A DNA stretch of 64,000 nucleotides from Malacoraja senta (Eukaryota): contig JAXLNO010000556.1 of NCBI GenBank assembly GCA_038087875.1, forward strand, positions 1 through 64,000. The letters are read 5' to 3'. Each line of letters starts with the position of its first letter. Positions within the stretch are counted from its first letter, which is position 1. The position numbers and the translations under genes are program-made. This document shows, one piece after another, positions 23,119 through 34,987 of this stretch. Under the pieces are notes generated by a model. That model was not told where the DNA came from, searched no databases, and saw nothing but the letters and a program-made list of their open reading frames with translations.

Positions 23119-26100
23119 TAGTGGGGGAGAGGGATTGACACATTGGGAGTATAAAGATGGAGTTGAAGGGGAAGTGACTACAGGAAAAATTACAAAAGAG
23201 TCTCGAATTATTGGAAGGAAAGCTCGAGAATGGACAACAGAGTAAGGTCAGGGCCAATTGCGAGCGCTGCGAGCGGGAAGTGAATACGGAGGTCAAAGTG
23301 CTGTACATGAATACGTGAAGTATAAGGAATAAAGTGGACGAGCTTGAGGCTCAGTTAGAAACTGGCAAGTATGATGTCGTGGGAATTACTGAGACTTAGC
23401 TGCAAGAGGGCCAGGGCTGGGAACTGAATATTCAAGGGTATACCTCCTATCGAAAAGACAGACAGGTGGGCAGAGGGGGTGGGGTTCCCCTGTTGGTGAG
23501 GAATGAAATGTAGTCCTTTGCGAGGGGCGACATTGAAACAGGAGATGTGGAGTCAGTATGAATAGAACTAAGGAATTGTAAGGGTAAAAGTACCCTAATA
23601 GGATTAATCTACAAGCCCCCAAACAGTAGCCTGGACATAGGGCGCAAGTTGAATCAGGAGTTAAAATTGGCATGCAGCAAAAGTAATGCTGTGGTTGTTA
23701 TGGGAGATTTCAACATGCAGGTAGACTGGGAAAATCAGGTTGGTACTGGACCCCAAGAAAGGGACTTTGTAGAGTGCCTTCGTGAATGTATTCGTAGAAC
23801 AGCTTGTATGGGAGCCTACCAGGGAGAAGGCAATTCTGGATTTAGTGATATGTAATGAAACGTATTTGATAAAGGACCTCGAGGTTAATGAGCCATTAGG
23901 AGGCAATGACCATAACATGGTCAGGTTTAATCTACAATTGGAGAGGGATAAGGGTAGATCGGAGGTGTCAGTGTTGCAGTTGAATAAATGGCACTATGGG
24001 GCCATGAGGGAGGAGCTGGCCAAAGTTGACTGGGAAGATACACTGGCAGTGATGACAGCGGAACAAAAATGGCAGGTATTTCTAGGAATAATACAGAAGG
24101 TGCAGGATCAGTTCATTCCTAGGAGGAAGAACGATTCCAAGGGGAGACAGGAACAACCATGGCTGACAAGGGATGTTAGGGACAGTATAAGAATTAAAGC
24201 GAAGAAGTACAACGTAGCAAAGATGAGCGGGAAGCAAGATGATTGGGTAATGTTTAAAAAGCAACAGAAGATAACCAAAAAGGCAATACGGGAAGAAAAG
24301 ATGAGGTACGAAGGTAAGCTAGCCAAGAATATAAAGCAGGATAGTAAATGCTTCTTTAGACATGTGAAGAGGGAAAACATTGTTATGACCTAAGTTGGAC
24401 CCTTGAAGACCGAAAAGGGTAAATTTATTATGGGGAACAAGGAAATGGCAGATGAGTTGGACAGGTACTTTGGATCTGTCTTCACTAAGGAGGACACAAA
24501 CAATCTTCCTGATATAGTACACGCCAGAGTGGCAGACAGTGAACAGTGGTGTACCACAAGGCTCGGTGCTGGGACAGCAGCTATTTACAATATACATCAA
24601 TGATTTGGATGAAAGGATTCAAAGTAACATTAGCAAATTTGCAGATGACACAAAACTGGGTGGCAATGTGAAATGTGAGGAGGATGCTATGAGAATGCAG
24701 GGTGACTTGGACAGGTTGGTGGAGTGGGCAGATGCATGGAGATGAAGTTTAATGCGGATAAATGTGAGGTTATCCGCTGTGGTAGCAAAAACAGGAAGGC
24801 AGATTACTATCTAAATGGCGTCAAGTTGGGAAAAGGGGAAGAACAACGGGATCTGGGGGTCCTTGTACATCAGACTGTGAAAGTAAGCATGCAGGTACAG
24901 CAGGCAGTGAAGAAAGCGAATGGCATGTTGGCTTTTATAAGAAGAGGAATCGAATAAAGGAACAAAGAGGTCCTTCTGCAGTTGTACAGAGCCCCAGTGA
25001 GACCACACCTGGAGTAGTCTGTGCAGTTTTGGTCCCCTAATTTGAGGAAGGTCATTCTAGCTGTTGAGGGAGTGCAGCGTAGGTTTACAAGGTTAATTCC
25101 CGGGATGGTGGGTCTGTCATATGCTGAGAGAATGGAGCAGTTGGGCTTATACACTCTGGAGTTTAGAAGGATGAGAGGGGATTTTACATCGGAGTCACGT
25201 GAGATATTCCGTGAAGAAGCCCCGACAGTCCGCAGGCGCATCATTACGGACTGGCAGGCGCGTCGCTCCTGCCAGTGGTAAGTTTAAACCTGCAGGTAAG
25301 TTTTGTATTCTTTACCAGGTTGTGAGTTTCTTGGAGGAATCTCTTTTTTTATAAGAGGTTGCTTGCTGGATATGTCGGGGCGAAGTCCGGACGGGCCGCG
25401 GGAAACCGGTTATGGGCCGTGGGGAATTGATACTCCGGTCAGCACCGCGGAAGCGCTGGTAACCGGCGGGCCGTCGGGTTCGTTACCGCAGTGACCGCTG
25501 TGGTTCCCGTTGAGGGGGTGAATCCAGCAGCGGTATCGCCACCAGAGTCGCTCCCAGTATGGTCAGCAGCTTCCAGACCGCTATGGTTCCCGTGGAGGAG
25601 AAAAGTCCAGGAGCGGTGTCGCCACCACATTCGCTGACGGTGCGGTAAGCGGGTCCCAGACCGATGGTGTGCCTATGAAAGGAGGTGAATCCAACAGTGA
25701 GTCGGTCAGGCCTGTGGACTCGAGGAGTCGGGCCAGGATGATTCCCCTCCTTCAATGGTAGCGTCCTTGGACGTTTGGCCCACATGGAGCGCCAGATGGA
25801 CAGGTTTCTCCACAATGGTACGCTCCAAAGGAGGGAGCTATCAGCCCGGGTCTCGTTGGGAGTCCGTGGCAGCAGCACCTGTTCCAGGGCTGAGCAGAAA
25901 AGAGCTCCTGATGGAGAGGATGTTCCATCACGATATGCTCCAGCAAAAGGAGCTTTATATCCGCGGGTCTCCTTGGGTGCCCGTGGCAGCAGCACCTGTA
26001 GAAGGGCTGCATGGTGTCTCCCTCTTGGAGGAGGTGAGCACACGGAGTCAGTTTTGTTCTGACTTCGAGATCGGAGGTATAGCTGATGAGCATACCACGA

Positions 26101-26649
26101 GGCAGGAGCCTGCGGCAGCACCTGTTCAGGGCTGTCTACGAATCTCCCTCTCTGTGGAGGGGAGTGCGAGTGATCAGTGGGTACCTGACTTCAAATTCTA
26201 ATGTATATCCGTGGAACGTACTGGAGCACATGCGTATGGATTCAAGACATTCCTCGTAACGAAGGTGGCAGGATGCCCGGAAGGGGCCAGAGTTCCCCTC
26301 ATGCTATAAGTGCCGGAAATAAACAGCGCTATGAGGGCTGACATTAAAGACCAGCCGCCGAATCTTCTCTTCAGGTAAGACCTATTCAACAGGTAAAACC
26401 TGGATGAGGAAGCAAAAGCTGTCGGACAAATCGAGGTACCAACGACGAGCACAGCTTCATCGTTGCGACGACAACACACCCCCCACGCCTCCATTGGCGT
26501 TACTGAAGATGGTGGCAGCATGAAAGCTCGGCAGAGGTCTTTACGTCGAGGCCCAAGTCGGTAGTAGGGGAAAAATATTGGACCATCTACAAGTTGGTAA
26601 TATTTACACTTGTTTATGTACAAATAATAATGATAACACGTGTTTAGTT

Positions 26650-26833
26650 CAAGTTCAAGTTCAAGTGAGTTTATTGTCATGTGTCCCTGATAGGACAATG
26701 ACATTATTGCTTTGCTTCAGCACACAGAACATAGTAGGCATTTACTACAAAACATATCAGTATGTCCATATACCGTTATATAAATATATACACACATGAA
26801 TAAATAGACTGATCAAGTGCAAATAACAGATAA
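26650..26833 (-). mobile_element. Rex/Babar LINE 3' tail with (CTTGAA)n, separated from its body by an inversion
   Basis: CAAGTT repeats plus a 3'UTR whose reverse complement appears to continue the Rex body ending at about 29280. Confidence 0.7.
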
Positions 26834-27049
26834 ATCGAGGGGATTTATCGCAGTCGCTGCCTCAAAAAGGTTGGCAGTATCATCAATGACCCAAACCATC
26901 CTCGCCACACACTCATCTCCCTGCTACCTTCAGGTAGAAGGTACAATAGCCTGAAGACTGCAACAACCAGGTTCAGGAATAGCTACTTCCCCACAGACAT
27001 CAGGCTATTAAACCTGGCTCGGACAAAACTCTGATCATTAATAACCTAT

Positions 27050-28015
27050 CAAGGCCGCCATCTTGGAGGAACGGCTGCTAAACAGCAGCCGCCCGTCAAA
27101 TTCACTGTTTCTTTGGTTTTAGTGTTTTTTATTTCTTTGTTTGTTTGGGGTTTTTTGACTTTTAATGTGGGGGGGGTAAGGGGGAAACTATTTCTAGGTC
27201 CTTACCTGGTCGGTGAGGCAGCTTTTTCTCCAGGCTGCCTCGTCGACCCGTCCTCGTGGCCTACCAGCGGGCATGGAGCGCCGTTTCCTGACGGGGACCG
27301 CCCAGCTCCTTCAGCTTCGGTGGCGGCACAGCGCTGGAGCGCTATCGGGGAGCGTAGCGGGCGATGCGTTGCCTGGGTCGCCGCGCTGGATCGACGCGCT
27401 GGAGCTCCGGTGAGCTGGACCGCCGACTTCAACACCTCCGGGCTGCGGGACTGCGGGGCGACCAGCTGCGGGCGGCGGCGCCGACTCCAACATCGGGAGC
27501 CTCGTGGCTCCAAATCAGCGCGGCCCTGTCGGCTTCGGGTGCCATCGACTCCGCTGGGAAACCGGCCGTTCCAGCCGCTCCGAGGACTCTCCAGACGGCC
27601 AGGAACATCGGGCCTACGTAGAGGCAACTGTGGCGGCCTCGATGGGCCTGACTCTGGGGAGAACTGGGTTGGGGACTGGACATTGTGCCTTCCCCCACAG
27701 TGGTGGTCATTGTGGGGGGATGATTTTGTGTGCTGTGCCGGTGCCTGTGCCTGTCAGTCCGTGTACAAGATGGCGGTCGGAGGGGAGAGTGGACGCTGGC
27801 GCGAATTGGTCGCCGCTGCTCTCTCCTCAAATTGTGTTTCTTATTTTCTTTTGGTGCTTTTGAAATTGAATTCTGTCCTTGATTTGTGTACTGTGGTGTT
27901 TTCTTATTTAATTATGTGTTTTTTTTGTTTTGTTGTGATTCTATGCATTGTAAGGTGTCCTTGGGTTTTAGAAAGGCGCCAGTAAATAAAATGATTATTA
28001 TTATTATTATTATTA
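27050..28015 (+). mobile_element. GC-rich non-coding retroposon with L2-like 3' end and (ATT)n tail (copy 1)
   Basis: Ends TGTAAGGTGTCCTTGGG...GAAAGGCGCCAGTAAATAAAATG(ATT)n; near-identical copy at 29281-30247. Confidence 0.6.
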
Positions 28016-28576
28016 TTAATTCCAATCTCTTACCACAGGGCAGAGTCACAGGCTAATTAATAGTTAAAGGTAAATCCCAATGATGAACAAGTCTAGTTGG
28101 TATCACCTTAATTTTCTTATGCATATTTTGAGGCTGAAACAGTTGATTTTAGCAACATACATCGTTAGCATATCCTCCAGTCAAGACATAACAAATGTTT
28201 TTGAGCTCTGAGCAATCCAGCATCGGTTTTAGTAATCTGATAAATAACGTGGGAACTGAAGTTAACCCATTTTGCAATGTTTTTATCATTGCCTTATCCA
28301 GATAAATTTCAAATGTCTCCGGTGATCTCTGTAAATGGGAGCATCCTAAGGAAACCAGATACGAAGTTTCCTATTCGGAAAAATTTATACTGCACATGCG
28401 AGTTAAACGACATTCTGCATCTTTCACAATGCACAGGCCACGCCTGCCAATTCCGTACCTGCTCTAGCCACAACTCTGGCCCGAATTCCGAGCCTGTCTT
28501 GAAAACCAATCCTGGCCACCAAACATAATTTTGGCCCCAATTCCGTGCTTGGAACCCTAGTATTGTGCAGTTTTAT

Positions 28577-29280
28577 TACATGGTTAGATGCCACGACCAT
28601 TTGTGTGCTGTAAGGCCACTGGGGCCCCTTCCATCCTTATCAAGGAATTCTACATTCATACAACACAGAACCTGGCCCTCAACACCAGCAAAACCAATGA
28701 ACTGATTGTGGACTTTGATTGGAGTAAGTTGGGGACCCACAGTCCCGTTTATATCAACGGGTCGATGGTTGAAAGGATCAAGAGCTTCAAATTCCTGGGC
28801 GTGCACATCTCTGAAGATCTTTCCTGGTCCGAGAACACTAATGCAATTATCAAGAAAGCACATCAACGCCTCTACTTCCTGAGAAGATTACGGAGAGTCG
28901 GGTTGTCAAGGATGACTCTTTCTAACTTCTACAGGTGCACAGTAGAGAGCATGTTGACCGGTTGCATCGTGGCTTAGTTCGGCAACTTGAGCGCCCTGGA
29001 GAGGAAAAGACTACAAAAAGAAGTAAACACTGCCCAGTCCATCATCGGCTCTGACCTTCCTTCCATCGAGGGGATTTATCGCAGTCGCTGCCTCAAAAAG
29101 GTTGGCAGTATCATCAATGACCCAAACCATCCTCGCCACACACTCATCTCCCTGCTACCTTCAGGTAGAAGGTACAATAGCCTGAAGACTGCAACAACCA
29201 GGTTCAGGAATAGCTACTTCCCCACAGACATCAGGCTATTAAACCTGGCTCGGACAAAACTCTGATCATTAATAACCCAT
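28577..29280 (+). mobile_element. Rex/Babar LINE 3' fragment
   Basis: NLALNTSKTNELIVDF, SFKFLGVHI, KKAHQRLYFLRRL, LLPSGRRY, RFRNSYFP. Confidence 0.9.
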
Positions 29281-30247
29281 CAAGGCCGCCATCTTGGAGG
29301 AACGGCTGCTAAACAGCAGCCGCCCGTCAAATTCACTGTTTCTTTGGTTTTAGTGTTTTTTATTTCTTTGTTTGTTTGGGGTTTTTTGACTTTTAATGTG
29401 GGGGGGGTAAGGGGGAAACTATTTCTAGGTCCCTACCTGGTCGGTGAGGCAGCTTTTTCTCCAGGCTGCCTCGTCGACCCGTCCTCGTGGCCTACCAGCG
29501 GGCATGGATCGCCGTTTCCTGACGGGGACCGCCCAGCTCCTTCAGCTTCGGTGGCGGCACAGCGCTGGAGCGCTATCGGGGAGCGTAGCGGGCGATGCGT
29601 TGCCTGGGTCGCCGCGCTGGATCGACGCGCTGGAGCTCCGGTGAGCTGGACCGCCGACTTCAACAACTCCGGGCTGCGGGACTGCGGGGCGACCAGCTGC
29701 GGGCGGCGGCGCCGACTCCAACATCGGGAGCCTCGTGGCTCCAAATCAGCGCGGCCCTGTCGGCTTCAGGTGCTATCGACTCCGCTGGGAAACCGGCCGT
29801 TCCAGCCGCTCCGAGGACTCTCCCGACGGCCAGGAACATCGGGCCTCCGTAGAGGCAACTGTGGCGGCCTCGATGGGCCTGACTCTGGGGAGAACTGGGT
29901 TGGGGACTGGACATTGTGCCTTCCCCCACAGTGGTGGTCATTGTGGGGGGATGATTTTGTGTGCTGTGCCGGTGCCTGTGCCTGTCAGACCGTGTACAAG
30001 ATGGCGGTCGGAGGGGAGAGTGGACGCTGGCGCGAATTGGTCGCCGCTGCTCTCTCCTCAAATTGTGTTTCTTATTTTCTTTTGGTGCTTTTGAAATTGA
30101 ATTCTGTCCTTGATTTGTGTACTGTGGTGTTTTATTATTTAATTATGTGTTTTTTTTTTGTTTTGTTGTGATTCAATGCATTGTAAGGTGTCCTTGGGTT
30201 TTAGAAAGGCGCCAGTAATTAAAATGATTATTATTATTATTATTATT
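29281..30247 (+). mobile_element. GC-rich non-coding retroposon with L2-like 3' end (copy 2)
   Basis: Near-identical to 27050-28015. Confidence 0.6.
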
Positions 30248-33200
30248 ATTAATTCCAATCTCTTACCACAGGGCAGAGTCACAGGCTAATTAATAGTTAA
30301 AGGTAAATCCCAATGATGAACAAGTCTAGTTGGTATCACCTTAATTTTCTTATGCATATTTTCTTATGCATATAATAGGAGTCTGTAACAATCTTGTTGT
30401 GATAAAACAGCCTTCTATTCATCAAGTGTAATTGCCAAAAAAGTAGCTGTGATGCAGCTGTGGAAGTGGGGGAACGTGCATCGTGCAAAGTAGTAATCTC
30501 TCAAATGCCATGTAGGTCTTTGTTACAGACCTTGTGCTATTAACAGCTGAAGCTACCAAAATCATAATGGTGGATGAACAGTATTCAGCATTGCCCCAGT
30601 AATCTGGTCAGTGAAATTTCAGTTATATTATATACTGATGGTGCTCTAAGGTGGAAAATTATGAATGCCATCTAGTTCGGAGGCGGAGGAGATTTGCATG
30701 AATTAACAATTATTCTGTTATTTGTATGAACTACCTATAGACACTAGGTGCATTCTATAGGTTAATGGGTTATTGAGTCAATATGCATAATCTGCATGCT
30801 CAACGTTAAGTTGATACACTATGGTGGTGGCGTATGTTAGTCACATGTGTGCAATCAAGACAGAATATCCTGTAATAATTTACCTAATCTCATTTTGCGT
30901 TGGAGTATCATCACGTACAATCAATGACAACACAAAATGGGTGTTGGAACACAAAGTATTTAATGAAATTATGGCTCAATGGAACACCGAATAGCGATAT
31001 GTTTGTTTCCAGGCTCATTTACCGGTTGCAAAAATATGTGGCATAACAGTGGCGAAAGATACATTCTCGCTACAAGGAGAAAGAAGTTATGTTTGTCTCC
31101 ATCCATTTTGCCTCATCAGTCGGGTCTTGCAATAAAATCAGCAAGATCCCGCTTTAGGTTGTCGTTCTGTCTGACTGGCCTATGCAGCCATGCTTCCCGC
31201 TTTTGTCGGGAATAATAATACAACCTTTTACGGTTATTCTAAACGTAAAACTTTGCCGGTTCAGCCTGTGGCTCTGGAAACCAGCCTCTGCATGATAAAA
31301 TCAATGTATTGACATAGATTCTGAGTAGACTCATCCTGCGGCTCGGATTGTCAGACCGAGCCATGTTTGTGCTCACTGCAGAGTGCAGGGATAGCACCAA
31401 AAATGAAAGCGTTACATTTCCTCTTCAGGAGATGGGAAGCGTTTGTTTAAATACTAATGTTACATCTAAAACGGTACAGATAACTGACGTCTTGGAGTTC
31501 GTTTCAAATGGGTCTTTGACAATAAATTAAGTTATAGGACCATTAACTGTGCCCAACGTGCCTTCCCATCATATTTGCTGCAGCAAAAGGGACCCACTCT
31601 GTCGGGTTTCACCCTCTGAGGCCGAGTTATAAAGGATATCTTTCACACAAGTTCTCCCAGGACAAACACAGGGCAGTATGGGATATTGATGTGGTATTAA
31701 CACTATTTCACCAGGGGGCTCCAACTACATCCTTAGCTTTGGCTCGGCTCTCATAAGGTAGTTATCCTCATGGCGCTGGTATCAGCGCAACGGGTTCAGT
31801 CACTACATATTGTGACTGGACAGGATGGTTAAATCTGCAAATAATATTATATTTTTAATGTTTAGTTAAGCAGAGCAGACCAGGGGCGTAAGGTCTCAAA
31901 CTAGGTTCATGGCATACCCCATGGACCTTCGATTATGTATGGTCACATATATACAACAATACGTCAAGGTCACCAAGAGCCTTAGAGGCTCTGACCTAGC
32001 AATGTTTGTTCATTACAAAAACTTTATAAGAATGTATCCGTTCAGACAACCTCCAGGTTGTTAAAACGGGGTTTGGCTCATGCTGGAGTAGATACTGATA
32101 TTTTTCAAATCTCACTCCACCAGGGCTGCTACAACATCAGCAGCAAAATTATGTACGTTCGGCTGGACCACATCCTAGCGGCTGCAGGATGGTCGAACGA
32201 ACGAACTTTCTGAACAGTTCATAATAACCTATTGCCAGACTAGGGGTATTTGCCAACCTTATTTTAGGTTCAGTGGTTTAGTTTACTCCCGGATGAGAGG
32301 AGTTACTATTATTATTATTTATTCATTATGAATGTTTCCCTCATCTGTCAATTAAGGCAGTTGTGGCTGTGTGGACTCGATCTCACGGCATCAAATCACG
32401 GAGCTTTGAAATCTTCACGGAATCACTCACGTGACTCCTAAGTAAAATAATAAGATTAAACGAGAACTTACCAAGTTTGAAGTTTGATCTTTATTTTATG
32501 TGGAGTTACGATGAGCGATTACGTGCCCTCCGCTCCCAACCCTCTTATCATAAAGATCACTCGGTAGTTCTAGTCTGCTCTAAATCTTACTATGTTACTT
32601 CGACTACTGTTATCTGTGATTTCACACCGCTGCTTTGAAGATTGAAGCCCGTGCGGACTGGCGGGGCTTCTTCACGTAATCGCTCATCGTAACTCCTCTT
32701 AAAATAAAGATCAAACTTCAAACTTGGTAAGTTCTCGTTTAATGTTACTATTTTACTTCGGAGTCACGTGAGTGACCACGTGAAGAAGGCCGTCAGCCCG
32801 CATGCGCGTCATTGCGTCTAGCGCATTGCGCAACGCGCTGACTGGCAGGCGCGCTGCTCCTGCCAGCGGTAAGCTTAAACCTGCAGGTAAGTTTTAAACT
32901 TTCCAGGTTATGTTTCCTATTACAGGAATCTCTTCTCACAGAGTTTTCCTGCTGGATTCCGGGGCGAAGTCGGGACGGGCAGCGGGGAATCCTTTATGTA
33001 ACGCGGGGTAACCCCATTCACGGACCGTGGGGAATCACGGTCACGACTTCGGGGAATCCCGGCCACGGACCGCGGGGAACCGGCTACGGAGACCGCGGAG
33101 TGCGGGTAGCGGGCGGCGGTCACAATTCGCCTTCCGAGTCGCTGGCGGTGGAGCCAGCGGCTTCAGACTAGTGCCGGTAGCACCTTGGCAAACCCGCTTG

Positions 33201-34429
33201 GAGGGTAAGCCACTAAATTATATCTCCCTCTCTGCGGAGGGGAGCGTAAGGAAGAGGTCCGTTGTCTCAAACGAGTCGGGCCAGGAGGATACCCGATGGA
33301 GAGGATCACCTGCTTCAATGGGTAGCGTCTTCGGACGTCTAACCCACATGAAGCACCTGATGCAGAGGTGCTCCACAATGGTATGTTCCAAGGAGGGAGT
33401 TATATCACCGCGGGTCTCCTCGAGGCCCGCGGCTGCGGCAGCGGCACCTGCTTACAGGGCTGCACGGTGTCTCCCTCTCTGAGGAGGGGAGCAGACAGGG
33501 TCAGTTCTGTCTGACTCGGAATTCGGTACCACGAGGCAGGAAGGGTATGGTCCGTGGAGGGGCCATATCAGCGCAGGTCTTCTCGGGGGCCTGCGGCAGC
33601 ACCTGTTTCAGGGCTGCTTGCTATCGCCCTCGCTATGGAGAAGAGTGCGAGGGGTCAGTGTGTAACTGACTCCTAACTGGGAAGTATATGCGTGGAACAT
33701 ACTGGAGTACGTGTGTGACGTACAGAAATGTCTGTCATGACATCCAGGTTTGCGACATCCTCGCAAGCGAAGGAGTGCTGCAGGAAGAGTGGTTCCAGCC
33801 GTTGGCAGCAAAACCTCACGTCACGTCATAACGGGGACAGGTGACGGCTGTGAGATACCATGCACCTGTAAATTGTTCCTGAAAGTGCCGGCGGTGAACA
33901 GCGCTATCAGGGGTGACATTTGAGGGGCATGAAAACCCAGGAAATATAACCAGCCGCCGAATATTCTCTTCAGGTAAGCCTATCCAACAGGTAAGACCTG
34001 CATGAGGGAGCTAAAGCTGTCGAACTACGAGTACAGCCTCATTGTTTCGGCAACAACACACCCCACGCCTCCATCGGCAGGAAGCGGTTCACTGAAGCTG
34101 GTGGCAGCCAGCAAGCTGGGCAGAGGTCTTTAGGCCAAGGCCAAGGCCACGGCCAAAGCCGGTCTCAGGAAAAAATATGGAATCCACGTACCCTACCAGT
34201 CCTACTCTCCAATCAAGATCGGAAATAGAACCCGCATCAGGGGCTTTTGGGCTTACCACAAGACCACGGGTAACCATGAAGGTAGGTGGGTCTGGTTCTT
34301 GACGAAACATGGGGTATGTGGACCCCAAGTTGGTAATATTTACGCTTATTTTTTTGTACAAATGACAAAGTGAACACGTGATTAGTTTATACTGCGCACT
34401 ATACAAGGATTCCAAGCAGGCTTGGAATT

Positions 34430-34600
34430 GTGGCCAGAGTTGTCTTTCGAAGCAGCCTCAGTATTATGGCCAGGTTTGCCTTTTGAGACAGGCTCGGAAA
34501 TATGGGCAGGCACAGAATGATGGCCAGAGTTGTTTTTCAAGGCAGACTCAGTATTATGGCCAGGATTGCCTTTCGACACAGGCTCGGAAATATGACAGGC
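34430..34600 (+). repeat. ~90-bp tandem duplication with shorter subrepeats inside DIRS-B
   Basis: GGCCAGAGTTG...CTCAGTATTATGGCCAGG...CAGGCTCGGAAATATG starts at 34432 and 34522. Confidence 0.8.
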
Positions 34601-34771
34601 ATGGTCTGATCATTGTTTAAGATGCAGGATGTCGGTTCATCCTTGATTAACTCGCATGTGCGATATAAAAATTTCAGCATAGCAAATTCGTTACTGTCTA
34701 ACAACTGATTTCCATAGGATCTTTATGGCATGCATTGATCTCAAAGATGCATACTGTTCAGTTCTCATTCA

Positions 34772-34987
34772 TAGAAACATAGAAACATAGAAAATAGGTG
34801 CAGGAGTAGGCCATTCGGCCCTTCGAGCCTCCACCGCCATTCAATATGATCATGGCTGATCATCCAACTACGTATCCTGTACCTACCTTCTCTCCATACC
34901 CCCTGATCCCTTTAGCCACAAGGGCCACATCTAACTCCCTCTAATATATAGCAAATTAACTGGCCTCAACTATCTTCTGTGGCAGGG
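34772..34987 (-). mobile_element. Short CR1 3' end inserted in the DIRS-B RT
   Basis: (ATAGAAAC)n tail; ATTCA at both junctions. Confidence 0.9.

Larger units (their letters stand above)
25181..32751 (+). mobile_element. DIRS-A: DIRS1-like tyrosine-recombinase retrotransposon with decayed coding regions
   Basis: Inverted terminal repeats (about 25210-25239 vs 32648-32676); ICR 32412-32525 complementary to both ends; methyltransferase-like remnant about 30920-31200; recombinase motif SHSTRAA...ILAAAGWS about 32110-32195; RT remnant inverted at 28016-28575. Confidence 0.9.

Noticed and set aside
27113..30171. Duplicated 290-aa and 275-aa ORFs as genes
   Set aside because: They have non-ATG starts, lie in GC-rich sequence open in several frames, show no recognisable motif, and sit inside a repeat.
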